A DNA stretch of 64,000 nt, from the NCBI GenBank assembly GCA_963701385.1, contig CAVOZW010000027.1:407705-471704 (forward strand). The letters run 5' to 3'. Position 1 is the stretch's first letter. Each line of letters starts with the position of its first letter. The notes beneath the pieces were generated by a model. It worked only from the letters and a program-made list of their open reading frames with translations, searched no databases and was not told the DNA's origin. This DNA is from an uncultured delta proteobacterium (lineage in GTDB: Bacteria; Desulfobacterota; Desulfobacteria; Desulfobacterales; B30-G6). A program made the translations under genes and the position numbers. Below, piece by piece: positions 1 through 9,903 of this stretch.

Positions 1-157
1 TGACTAAAAATAAGACATGCGCAAATAAACCAGCAGGATAACTGTAGTTCCCGAAAATAATGCCGCGGGTGAATAGGGGTGTATAATACGTTCTGGGAAA
101 TTTACCTTCGGGGACCTCGCTAAAGCTTTTTAAGAATAACTTGACAGTAGCGATCAT
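1..157 (-). CDS. hypothetical protein, first 52 codons only (gene runs off the left edge; not in the ORF track)
   Basis: Minus-strand ATG at 155-157 with AAGGAG (163-168) 5 nt upstream. The frame stays open to position 1 (MIATVKLFLKSFSEVPEGKFPRTYYTPLFTRGIIFGNYSYPAGLFAHVLFLV). No family recognised. Confidence 0.4.
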   Translation of the reverse strand, partial: MIATVKLFLKSFSEVPEGKFPRTYYTPLFTRGIIFGNYSYPAGLFAHVLFLV

Positions 158-186
158 TTTATCTCCTTATTATCAAGTAATTGAAG

Positions 187-211
187 AACCTCGCAGCAAG
201 CTGCGAGGAAT
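187..211. repeat. hairpin repeat unit 1 (aaCCTCGCAGCAAGCTGCGAGGaat)
   Basis: Arms CCTCGCAGC/GCTGCGAGG are perfect reverse complements. Same flanks and centre as the unit at 254-278. Confidence 0.6.
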
Positions 212-253
212 CTTCGACCGTAAGGAATTCTGTCTAATTTTGATTCGCTCGCT

Positions 254-278
254 AACCCCGCAGCAAGCTACGGGGAAT
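254..278. repeat. hairpin repeat unit 2 (aaCCCCGCAGCAAGCTACGGGGaat)
   Basis: Same architecture as 187-211. The T->C change in the 5' arm is compensated by A->G in the 3' arm, with one extra mismatch. Confidence 0.6.
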
Positions 279-845
279 GCGCTCGCTGTTGCGGTTCATG
301 AGGCAGGCACAAGATATTGCAGACGGCCAATCAAACGAACATTACTGATATATGATTGAGATTACCACTAAAACAGGAAACGTGCGATAAAATCTCTAAA
401 ATCGCTAAAACATGGGCAATTTTCCTAATTACTCCCTTTCATGTGGGATTTAAAGAGAAGAACTCAATATGTGGTATATCAAAAGGAGCGCGAACATCAG
501 ATGAGAAATCGGATGCGATTATGGAGATAGAAAACCACCACTGGCCAGTAGGAATTCGAAATCCAGAAAATGCTTATTCAGGTTTATAGCTAAATCAATC
601 GGATTTCGTCAATTAATATTCAGGATTCTGTCAGGTGGTGATAGATGAAGAAAAGTCCAGTTATCGAACTCAACAAAATAATTGCCGATACCATCTGGTC
701 ATACCCAGCGTACCACGGGGGACCCTATCAATGTAAGATATGGTCGGTGGTGATTATTTTTAGACATCGGTGAAATTTGAGGGGCCTGACATCTAGCGTT
801 TTGTTTGAGATATATCATATGCAGACTTCAACTAAAATTAGCAAT

Positions 846-1274
846 TTATTGTCTTTGACGAACACACCGAACATAAAGTTCAAATGTCTTCTCATCGCTG
901 ATTGTCATACCATTGCTGAAATCAATAGCATACGCAACACCATCCCCTCCCTCGTATGTAGTTGCAGACCAGTAGTGTGAGGGCTTGGTTTGTGGAAACG
1001 CAACCAGGTCAATCGCTATACCGGGACCTGTTATTTCTACAATCGTTTCTAATGCCCTGATACTTGGCAAACGCCAGTCCTGGTGGTTGGCATAATCTAA
1101 CTCTTCGCAGTAGGTTATTGCGGCTTCCCAGTCCTTTTTATTATCTGTTGTCTGCCAGATTAGTCCTGTGGCAGGATCCGCAAATACATTATCCTCACTA
1201 CCTATGAACTTTTTTGTACAACCACTTACAAAGAAAACAGATGATATCAGTACAATTAAAATGACATTTTTCAT
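846..1274 (-). CDS. DUF1566 (Lcl C-terminal-like) domain lipoprotein
   Basis: Inner ATG at 1274 with GGAGG upstream. Signal plus lipobox MKNVILIVLISSVFFVSGC. DWRLPSIRALETI and YWSATT...YVRCVR motifs are typical of DUF1566. Confidence 0.8.
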   Translation of the reverse strand: MKNVILIVLISSVFFVSGCTKKFIGSEDNVFADPATGLIWQTTDNKKDWEAAITYCEELDYANHQDWRLPSIRALETIVEITGPGIAIDLVAFPQTKPSHYWSATTYEGGDGVAYAIDFSNGMTISDEKTFELYVRCVRQRQ

Positions 1275-1659
1275 TTGCGTTCCTCCTTTCTCATTTTTAT
1301 AAAAGGGCACAGAAATGGCTATCCTCCTGAATAAGATTAAGTGCAAATACAAGATTATACGTCTTTAAAAGGTAAGAACAGATTGGGATTCAGTTCAGAT
1401 ACAGATATGAAGATTCAGCTTCAAATCAGGTGTGATTTAAGTGAATATCAAAATTAAAACACGAATAGCAAATCGGGTCAAGTGATAATTATTTATAGTT
1501 CGTATTACATATCTATTTCCTAAATTTGTTGTCTTGTTAAAAAGTCGTCTATTATTATCAGCAGACACGAACGTTGAAACAAAATGTGATTTTCGTCCTA
1601 TTGTTTTATTTCAGCCAAAACTGCTTCGATAACACCCACAATCTCTTCACATTTCTGTG

Positions 1660-2445
1660 GATTTGTTGGGTAGATCAGCCGTTACCGACTTTCACCCCCG
1701 CAGATCCCATCGTGCGGCTTTCCCGCAATGGGCTCCTCCTGAAGGTAACCCAAGGTAAGTTGAGGCAATCGTTTTAGGTACGAATGATTCTTGGCGGTGG
1801 CAGAGGGAATACCTTAAGAAGCCGATTAAATCGTTCCCAGGTCATCGCGCTTTTCTGACTCCGTCGGAACAATACCCGGAACCATAACTTACGTACTTCG
1901 TAGGCAAAGTTTGACAGCGCTCGCAAGTTCCCGAGAAGCCCGTAATAGGCATAATGGCCCCTTAAAACAGCGCTTAACCAGCGTTGCTGTTTCTTCAACG
2001 ACCAGTGCATTCGACGCCTGGCTTCAATCCTCAACTCCTTGAGTTTACGTATCATGCGGGCCCTTAGAGTCTTTCTCATGACAAAGAAACGTCCTTTCTT
2101 GTTCATGCTGCAATATTGCGTGAATCCAAGAAAGTCAAAAGTCCCTGGGCGTCGCATACCACGTCTCTTTCTCCTCTCGGCTGCATACCTGCCGAATTCC
2201 AGGAGATGAGTTTTCTTCTCATTGAGACTGAGGCCAAACTTTGATAGCCGCCTTTTAAGATTCCCCAGCATAATCTCTGCATCTACCTGATTCTCAAACC
2301 CCATGACAAAATCATCACAATATCTCACGATGATGACATCGCCTTTACCATGGCGACACCGCCACTGATGAGCCCAGAGATCAAGGCTGTAGTGCAAAAA
2401 GATGTTGGCTAAAATCGGACTGACTCCAGCCCCTTGGGGCGTAGG
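1660..2445 (-). mobile_element. 5'-truncated group II intron (partial RT/maturase ORF, domain V, domain VI)
   Basis: Domain V at 1703-1735 (GAGCCCAUUGCGG-GAAA-GCCGCA-CG-AUGGGAUC, GNRA loop and 2-nt bulge). A domain VI-like helix with a bulged A follows, ending ...CUACCCAAC near 1665. Homology stops at about 2445, inside RT block 4. Confidence 0.85.
1774..2445 (-). pseudogene. group II intron reverse transcriptase/maturase, N-terminal half missing
   Basis: TPQGAGVSPILANIFL (RT-4), RYCDDFVMGF (YxDD), FDFLGFT and LRGHYAYYG (maturase X). No RT blocks 0-3. A stop lies immediately upstream at 2446-2448. Confidence 0.85.
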
Positions 2446-2593
2446 CTATAATTCATTCGTACATCATTGAGGGTAATCAACAATAACTTAGACAGACCTT
2501 AAAGAGTGGATAAAATTCATTTGCTATCGTTCGGAAGGCTATTTCATTGACCGGGTGCAATCTTAGAATTATCAAAATGGTCATGCACAATGG

Positions 2594-2848
2594 TTGAATA
2601 GATCAGCCGTACATCAATGGGGATGGTCAATGGTTGTTATCAGGGTCCATAAAAGGATCTGGCTTCTTGATATCGCCAACCATTTCGGTGCAACCAATGA
2701 ACAGATAGCGAAATCATTCGCTGTATCCATTAGCACCCTCGAACAATGGACGCGCGATCATCCGGAATTTGCAAGGGCCATTAAAAAAGGTCGGGATAAC
2801 CATAACACCGGAAAGGTGGAACTTATTCTCTTATCACATCGTTCTTGA
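2594..2848 (+). pseudogene. phage terminase small-subunit-like HTH fragment
   Basis: ATNEQIAKSFAVSISTLEQWTRDHPEFARAIKKGRD resembles the HTH/'PEF..AI..G' N-terminus of small terminase-like proteins. It is only about 50 residues long, with no proper start. Confidence 0.3.
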
Positions 2849-3104
2849 CAAAGCACAGCTCATTTCCTAAAACGAATCATGACGAGCTTATAACACAGCA
2901 AAAAAGCATATTTTATATCTAAACTGACAACTTATTCCTCTTCTCGCATGTATCAGAAATACCAGCATCAGTTATAAATTCTATTTCTGGCATCCAATTC
3001 TTTTCGCGTTTTTTCTGTGTAATTTCAAATGAAGTTCAAGATGCTTTTAGCCACACAGCCTGCTTAATACCGCCCATATAACTTGAATAAGAAAGGGTCT
3101 TAAA

Positions 3105-6100
3105 ATGAAGTGCCAGAAATGTCATTTCAACAATCCTGAAGGTATGAAGTTTTGTGGAGAATGTGGAATAAAATTAGAAGCTCTTTGTCCGGAATGTGAT
3201 TTTTCTAATCCCGCTGGTTTCAAATTTTGTGGCAAATGTGGACGCAACTTAAATCAATCACCCGAACCCTCTCCTAAAGAACTGTCCCTTGATGATAAAC
3301 TGTCAAAGATAAAAAAATACCTTCCTGAAAAGCTCACTGAAAAAATACTCTCTCAAAGAGACAGAATTGAAGGTGAACGAAAACAGGTTACGGTAATGTT
3401 TTGCGACATGGTTGGCTTCACTGCACTGATCGAAAAAATAGGATCTGAAAAGGGATATTCAATTATGGATCAGGTTTATGAATTATTGATTCATAAAGTC
3501 CACGATTATCAAGGCACTGTAAATGAAATGACCGGTGATGGGATAATGGCACTTTTCGGGGCGCCAATTGCCATTGAAGATGCCCCACAACGAGCAATCA
3601 GATCGAGTTTAGCCATCCACAGGGAGATGGCTAAATTTAGTGAAAAAATTGAACAAAGCGGAATATCAAATGTAAAAATGCGAGTTGGTATTCATACTGG
3701 TCCTGTAGTTGTGGGAACATTAGGCAATGATCTTAGGGTGGAGTTTAAAGCAGTGGGTGATACAGTAAATCTGGCATCCAGAATTGAGGCGTTAGCATTA
3801 CCAGGTGCCACTTATGTTGCGGAAGACACATTCAAATTAACTGAGGGATTTTTTCGTTTTGAAGCCCTTGGTGAAAAACAAATTAAAGGGAAAAAAGAAC
3901 CAATTAAGATTTACCGGGTAATAGCACCAAGTACTAGCCGGACAAGATTTGATGTCAGTGCTGAGAGAGGTCTGGCACCATTTATAGGAAGAGAGCGGGA
4001 ACTTGACCTTTTGATGGAAGGATTTGAACGAGCCAAAGAAGGCCATGGACAAGCTTTTTCCATCGTATCTGAGGCTGGGATAGGCAAATCTAGACTTTTG
4101 TATGAGTTTAGAAAAAATTTATCTAGTGAAAACGTGATGTTTTTAGAGGGAAGATGTCTCTCTTATAGCAGCAGAGTCGCGTACCATCCAATCATAGATA
4201 TCTTAAAAGCAAACTTAGATATCCGTGATGGTGACAAAGACTCTATTGTCAGTGAAAAAGTCAAAAGAGGCTTAGAATTATTAGATATAGATGAAGCATC
4301 CACTCTTCCATATCTTCTAGAGCTCTTATCTGTGAAGGATAGTGGTTTTGATAAGGTTCAAATGAGTCCCGATGCTAAAAAAGACAGAATTATGGAAGTA
4401 ATTAGACTATTTACACTCAAGGGTTCCAAAATTCGCCCGGTCATTACTGCTTATGAGGACCTGCATTGGGCTGACAAAAGTTCAGAAGAGGTACTGAGAT
4501 TAATTTTAGAAAGCATACCAGGGTCAAGGGTTTTAATGATATTCACATATCGACCTGAGTTTGTGCATGCATGGGGTGGCAAATCTTATCATAATCAAAT
4601 TAACCTGAATAGGCTTTCCAACCGAGAAAGTCTTACAATGGTAACTAACCTCTTGAGTACCGAAGAAATTGATCATGAGCTTGAAGAATTGATTTTGGAA
4701 AAAACTGAAGGAGTTCCATTTTATATCGAGGAATTAGTAAAATCTTTAACTGATTTAGATGTGATTGAAAGAACACAGAATTCTTGCCGATTGGCTAAAG
4801 AGATCAAGGATATTACCATACCTTCAACAATTCAGGGCGTCATCATGGCTAGGGTAGACTCATTGCCTGAGTTGGCAAAAGAGGTCCTTCAGACTGGTTC
4901 CGTGATCGAGAGGGAATTCACCTATGAATTGATTAATCGTGTAACAAATCTTCCAGAAAAAGAATTACTATTTTGCTTATCCGTTTTAAAGGATTCAGAA
5001 CTATTGTATGAAAGAGGAATATATCCTGAATCCACTTATATTTTTAAGCATGCCCTAACTCGTGATGTCGTCTACGATTCAATACTCACAAACAAAGGGA
5101 AAAGCCTTCATGAAAAAATAGGCGACGCTGTTGTAGACTTGTATTCTGACCGTGTGGAACAAAAATCTGAATTGTTGGCTCATCATTACAGCCTTTCTGA
5201 AAGTTGGGAAAAAGCTGTTCGCTTTGGAAGGCTTGCCGCAGAAAAGGCATATAGATTTAGCCAGTTCCAGGAAGCGGTTAAGTTATATGAAATGGTTACT
5301 GATTGGATTTTGAAGCTTCCTGAAAGTAATGTCCAAAAGGAGAAATTAGTAGATATTCAGCTAGAGATATGTTGGAGCAATATCGGCTTGGGACAGTTTG
5401 GCAAAGTTGAAGAAGTAGCTAAAGAAGCTGAATCTACAGCAAAATTGTTGGGTGACCGAACTCGACTTGGTATAGCATATCTCGGATTAGGAACTGCTTA
5501 CGTTTATCGCGGCAATTTTGAAAAAACTGAGCATTACGCATTAAAAGCCATTAAACATCTTAAAGGAACCTCCGAAGAACGTTCATTAGCAATCGCTAAT
5601 CTTGTGTTGGGGGCATGCTATATCGGACAAGGCTTGTGGAATAAATCTGAACCATGCTTTTCAAAAACCATAAGAACTTATGAAAAACTAGGTCTGAAAA
5701 CTGAATATGTTATGGGGTGGAGTGCCCTTCCATACACAATCGTGTGTGGCCAACTGGGATACAATCTTGCCGTTATCGGTCGAGTTGCAGAGGGTAAGGA
5801 ACTTATCGAAAGGGGCTATTCCTTAGAACTGGAGAAGGTCAGCAACCTCACTACAAAAATGGCTTATTGTTCATGGCAGGGGCTCTTCATTTCTCTCATT
5901 GGAGAAGACCATTTCAATGCAGGGATAAAGGTTGATCAGCTGGTGGATATAGCTGAACGATCGGATTCACCTTTTATGATGCTTGTTTTTAACGCTGCAA
6001 AAGCTAATGTAATGTTAGGGATTGAGAATTATAGGCAAGTGCTATCGTCATGTCATAAAGCTTTAAATGCTATTGAAGGCAAATCAATTCGCACTGGTCA

Positions 6101-6506
6101 TGTGGCCAACGTATATTACAACCTGGTTATTGCGGAGTTGAGATCGGGCGACTTGGAAATGGTAAAAAAGCACTATAAAGAGGGGCGATTATTGGTCAAA
6201 TTGGCACCTAATTGGTGGGAACCCCGATACAGTTTTTTAGAGGGGTTAATTCTTATGAATGAGGCTTCTCCTGACTATTTTAAGATTGAAAAGTGCTTTG
6301 AAAAATCGATATTAGGTGACGAAGATGTTGGTGCCATAGTACCGGCAGCGCAAACTCGTTATTACTTAGCCAAAACTCTTGCCCGCAAAGGTGATGCAGA
6401 ACGTTCCCTCAAGATGTTCACGGATCTCCACAGTAAATTTCAAAGCTGGGACATATCTGTCTGGCAGCAAAGGTGTAAACAGGAGCTTGAGCCATATCGC
6501 TTTTGA
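3105..6506 (+). CDS. double zinc-ribbon / class III adenylate-guanylate cyclase / P-loop STAND ATPase / TPR protein
   Basis: Two CxxC...CxxC ribbons at the N-terminus. Cyclase motifs KQVTVMFCDMVGFT and GDGIMALFG. Walker A SEAGIGKSRL. A long TPR-like C-terminal region. Confidence 0.9.
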   Translation: MKCQKCHFNNPEGMKFCGECGIKLEALCPECDFSNPAGFKFCGKCGRNLNQSPEPSPKELSLDDKLSKIKKYLPEKLTEKILSQRDRIEGERKQVTVMFCDMVGFTALIEKIGSEKGYSIMDQVYELLIHKVHDYQGTVNEMTGDGIMALFGAPIAIEDAPQRAIRSSLAIHREMAKFSEKIEQSGISNVKMRVGIHTGPVVVGTLGNDLRVEFKAVGDTVNLASRIEALALPGATYVAEDTFKLTEGFFRFEALGEKQIKGKKEPIKIYRVIAPSTSRTRFDVSAERGLAPFIGRERELDLLMEGFERAKEGHGQAFSIVSEAGIGKSRLLYEFRKNLSSENVMFLEGRCLSYSSRVAYHPIIDILKANLDIRDGDKDSIVSEKVKRGLELLDIDEASTLPYLLELLSVKDSGFDKVQMSPDAKKDRIMEVIRLFTLKGSKIRPVITAYEDLHWADKSSEEVLRLILESIPGSRVLMIFTYRPEFVHAWGGKSYHNQINLNRLSNRESLTMVTNLLSTEEIDHELEELILEKTEGVPFYIEELVKSLTDLDVIERTQNSCRLAKEIKDITIPSTIQGVIMARVDSLPELAKEVLQTGSVIEREFTYELINRVTNLPEKELLFCLSVLKDSELLYERGIYPESTYIFKHALTRDVVYDSILTNKGKSLHEKIGDAVVDLYSDRVEQKSELLAHHYSLSESWEKAVRFGRLAAEKAYRFSQFQEAVKLYEMVTDWILKLPESNVQKEKLVDIQLEICWSNIGLGQFGKVEEVAKEAESTAKLLGDRTRLGIAYLGLGTAYVYRGNFEKTEHYALKAIKHLKGTSEERSLAIANLVLGACYIGQGLWNKSEPCFSKTIRTYEKLGLKTEYVMGWSALPYTIVCGQLGYNLAVIGRVAEGKELIERGYSLELEKVSNLTTKMAYCSWQGLFISLIGEDHFNAGIKVDQLVDIAERSDSPFMMLVFNAAKANVMLGIENYRQVLSSCHKALNAIEGKSIRTGHVANVYYNLVIAELRSGDLEMVKKHYKEGRLLVKLAPNWWEPRYSFLEGLILMNEASPDYFKIEKCFEKSILGDEDVGAIVPAAQTRYYLAKTLARKGDAERSLKMFTDLHSKFQSWDISVWQQRCKQELEPYRF

Positions 6507-7013
6507 ATTCGTATCAATAAGAGATCTCTTTATTCTGCTGTGAAACGAGAATTAATTGCTATGGTGGCTAATGATATTGAATAGTGATAATAATTAATCT
6601 GAAAATAGAAGTATGAACAAATAACGATATCACAACAGCAACTTTCCTGAGCATATTTTTAAAGTCAATTAAATGGTTGCTGGCGATGGAGATGTCACCA
6701 GGTTTTCGATGAAGATTTTGCCTTTGATCTCCAAACGTAATCGCAGGTTTTGTTCACAATCAGCGCTCACTACATCTTGGTGTGCAACTAATGCTTATGA
6801 TTGGTATGGTTGACCTTTAGACAGTGGCCTAAACTCAAAAATAGGATAATTTCTCGAATTCATGTTAATGAGCAATCCCATCCCAACGCAGAGTACATTC
6901 TGCTCAATTGCGTTTGATAGATGAGGCCCAGGTGAGTTCGATCAAGCGCATCAACAGTGAAAGGCTCAACAGCCGTCGATGGTGCGAATTACAATATAGT
7001 TACATGATTCAGT

Positions 7014-7910
7014 CTATCGTACAAATCGATGCCAATCCGAGCTGAGAAACCATTTTTGATATAACTGATCGAAGCGACCATCGGCTTTCATGCGGGCCAG
7101 AAAACCATTTAAAAATTTCATGAAATCCGGATCATTTTTATGTATCGCCCAAGCGATGGGCTCTTTGGTAAAGGGTTTATCCAGAAAAACCAGCTGATCG
7201 GACGGGTTCATGGCACTAAACACGGCATTAAACGGAAAATCATAGACAAAAGCGTCTGCGGTACCTTTAAGGACCCGCAAAGCACCCTCAATTTCCGTAT
7301 TGGCGGATTCATATGTGGCATTTGGAATCAAACGCTGGACCGCCTCTTCCCCGGTGGTACCGGGCTTGGATACCACAATGAACTTTGAATCATTAAGGTC
7401 CTCGTAAGATTGAACCAAACCCTTGTGCCTTGCATTGAGTAAAACGGTCTGCCCGACAGTCATGAAGGGGTTGGCAAAATCCACGAGCTTCTTACGCTCC
7501 TCCGTAACGGACATCCCACCATAAATGACGTCAAAACGACCCAGATTCAGGGCAGGAATAATCCCGGGCCATAAGGTATCGACAAATACCGGTTTGACCC
7601 CCAAAGCCTTGGCCATCTCAATCCCCATGTCGATATCGAAACCCATCAAACTTAGTTGGCGACCCTTGCGCCGAAGTCCTCCGTGGCGGATCTCTTTCTG
7701 GCGTATACCGCTGCGTTTATCGATCATTTCAAAAGGCATAAAGCCCACTTCCAAACCAATGCGCAGTTCACCACGCTCGACAATACCTTCTAAAGTTGAG
7801 CCTTTTGAAAATTCCACGTCTGTGGCCAGCACCGGCACACCTCCTTGCCCCAGCCATAGCCAGGACAGCATGAATGCAGTGATTATTTTATAGCAGATAG
7901 TCTTAAACAT
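7014..7910 (-). CDS. family-3 (polar amino acid type) ABC substrate-binding protein
   Basis: Signal peptide, then SBP_bac_3-like motifs (GELRIGLEVGFMPFE, GFDIDMG, RFDVIYGGMSVTEERK). Confidence 0.85.
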   Translation of the reverse strand: MFKTICYKIITAFMLSWLWLGQGGVPVLATDVEFSKGSTLEGIVERGELRIGLEVGFMPFEMIDKRSGIRQKEIRHGGLRRKGRQLSLMGFDIDMGIEMAKALGVKPVFVDTLWPGIIPALNLGRFDVIYGGMSVTEERKKLVDFANPFMTVGQTVLLNARHKGLVQSYEDLNDSKFIVVSKPGTTGEEAVQRLIPNATYESANTEIEGALRVLKGTADAFVYDFPFNAVFSAMNPSDQLVFLDKPFTKEPIAWAIHKNDPDFMKFLNGFLARMKADGRFDQLYQKWFLSSDWHRFVR

Positions 7911-7968
7911 ATCCGTATCTCCCTTATTGTTATGTTTCTGACGCTATAAGCGATGACATGCCTTGCTG

Positions 7969-9399
7969 TTAAACGGAGCTTTGTTCGGGCACAAGGTCGG
8001 GCGTTTCCACCTCCTCCTCCAAGGGATCGATGGTAATATTGAACCAACCAAAGAGCATCGAAACTATCGGCGTGATCCAACAGAAAAAGTTGAACGGCAA
8101 ATAAGCAATGGTGGGCACACCCAAAGTGGCTGCCTGGTAGGCGCCGCCAGAGTTCCACGGCACCAGATTGGCCGTCACCGTAGCGCTGTCTTCGATGGCC
8201 CGTGACAGGTTTTTGGGATGCAGTCCTTTGTCTTTATACGATTGGGCGTACATCTTGCCGGTCATCACGATGGCCATGTACTGGTCGCAAAGGATCAGGT
8301 TGGAGCCGATGGCGGTCAGGATGGTGGCCGTAATCAAAGAACCTGTGGTTTGGGCCTTTTTAAGTATGACGTTTACGACCACGCGCAGCTGGTTGGTCTT
8401 TTCCATAATGCCACCGAACATCATGGCGCAGATCACCAACGATACGGTGTACATCATGGATTCAAAACCGCCTTTGGTCAATAGGTTGTCGACTGCTTCG
8501 ACGCCGCTGTTACTGGTGTAGCCACCATACGCCGCGGACAGAAGACTTCCGAAGGTGTTTCTCTGGAAAATCACCCCCAAAACACCGGCTGCCAAAATAC
8601 CGATCACAATACCCGGGACAGCTGGAATTTTCCGAAACGCCAGCACCATGATAATAACCGGAGGGATCAACAATAGGGGGTTGACGCTGAATTGCGTGTC
8701 GATGCCTGCCAGTATTTGATTGACGCTTTCTAAGTTCGCCTGCCCACCACCGTAAAAAAAGCCCAGTACAAACTCAATCACCAGCGTAATGCCATAACTG
8801 ACACCGGTCGTATAGCTCATGTGCTTGATGTGCGTATAAAGGTCGGTGCCCACCATTGCCGGCGCCATATTGGTGGTGTCGGACAGGGGTGACATCTTGT
8901 CTCCAAAATAGGCGCCGGAAAGAACCGCACCGGCCACGACTGGCAGCGGAAAACCCAACCCCCCGCCGATACCGATCAGCGCAATGCCAATGGTTCCGGA
9001 AGTGCCCCAGGAGGTGCCGGTGGCCAGAGAGGTGATCGAACATATAAGTAAGGCGGCAGGCAGAAATATTTTAGGGTGCAAAATTTTCAGACCGTAGTAA
9101 AGCATCGTTGGGACCACGCCGCTTAAGATCCAAACGCCGATGAGAATGCCGATAATGCCTAAAATCACAATGGCCTGCAGCGAATTGGTGATGCCGTTGA
9201 GCATGCCGGTTTCAATCTCTTTCCAGCTGTAACCGGCCCGCATCCCGATCACCGCCGCCACGAACACGCCAAGCAAAATTGGAACATGGGCATCTGATTC
9301 ATAGCGCACGACGGCCAGACTGATAAAAAGAACCAGTCCCAGGATCGAAATCAATGCTTCCCAGAGATACGGGTCACGCTTTTCACGTTTGGTTGCCAT
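7969..9399 (-). CDS. Na+/H+ antiporter NhaC family
   Basis: 476-aa polytopic membrane protein with an NhaC-like sequence throughout. Confidence 0.85.
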   Translation of the reverse strand: MATKREKRDPYLWEALISILGLVLFISLAVVRYESDAHVPILLGVFVAAVIGMRAGYSWKEIETGMLNGITNSLQAIVILGIIGILIGVWILSGVVPTMLYYGLKILHPKIFLPAALLICSITSLATGTSWGTSGTIGIALIGIGGGLGFPLPVVAGAVLSGAYFGDKMSPLSDTTNMAPAMVGTDLYTHIKHMSYTTGVSYGITLVIEFVLGFFYGGGQANLESVNQILAGIDTQFSVNPLLLIPPVIIMVLAFRKIPAVPGIVIGILAAGVLGVIFQRNTFGSLLSAAYGGYTSNSGVEAVDNLLTKGGFESMMYTVSLVICAMMFGGIMEKTNQLRVVVNVILKKAQTTGSLITATILTAIGSNLILCDQYMAIVMTGKMYAQSYKDKGLHPKNLSRAIEDSATVTANLVPWNSGGAYQAATLGVPTIAYLPFNFFCWITPIVSMLFGWFNITIDPLEEEVETPDLVPEQSSV

Positions 9400-9444
9400 G
9401 GTTTTCCTCCTTTAATTCTTTGTGTTCGTGAAATAGCATTCGTT

Positions 9445-9903
9445 TCAGTTGCATTTGATTAACATGACGGGGACAGGCGCGAGCCTGGAGACCTTTTCAG
9501 CGACAGAGCCGAATATCACTTTTTGCACCGAGGTCCCGGTACCCATGATGATCAGATCGATCCCCTTGGAATCGACATAGTCCAATATTTCCTTGTAGTG
9601 TGTCCCGGTGACGATCATGGCGTTTGCAATCTGAATGCCCTTTAAATACTTTCCTTTGAACGCTTCGAGTTTTTGTTGTGTCTGCTGTAGCAAATGACTT
9701 TCAAAGTCACTGGCAATACGTTTAAAATCAGGCTTCGGAGGATCGGAAACATACGTGTCCACAAACCAGTCAAATCGACGTAACACATGCAGTAGGTGGA
9801 CCTGTGCATTGAGTTGTCTGGCCATGGTCACCACATATGGGGCCACTTTGGGTGAAATATCAGTCAGTGCAATGGGGTAGAGAATATTCTTAAATTCTTC
9901 CAT
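9445..9903 (-). CDS. universal stress protein (UspA family)
   Basis: Typical length and motifs (ILYPIALTD..., DLIIMGTGTS...GSVAEKV). Confidence 0.85.
   Translation of the reverse strand: MEEFKNILYPIALTDISPKVAPYVVTMARQLNAQVHLLHVLRRFDWFVDTYVSDPPKPDFKRIASDFESHLLQQTQQKLEAFKGKYLKGIQIANAMIVTGTHYKEILDYVDSKGIDLIIMGTGTSVQKVIFGSVAEKVSRLAPVPVMLIKCN

Noticed and set aside
1574-1777. 67-aa plus-strand ORF, and 141..359 and 356..589 plus-strand ORFs.
   Set aside because: The first overlaps intron domains V/VI on the opposite strand. The second is a read-through of the hairpin repeats. The third has no RBS or recognisable sequence.
846-2445. Possible diversity-generating retroelement. C-type-lectin-fold candidates (DUF1566 at 846-1274 and 19484-20143, FGE-like at 26081-26878) lie near reverse-transcriptase sequence.
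   Set aside because: The RT fragment has the maturase X motif and is followed by group II intron domains V/VI, so it is an intron IEP, not a DGR RT. I could find no template-repeat copy of any of the three C-terminal regions in the window. An exhaustive A-mismatch repeat search would still be needed for certainty.
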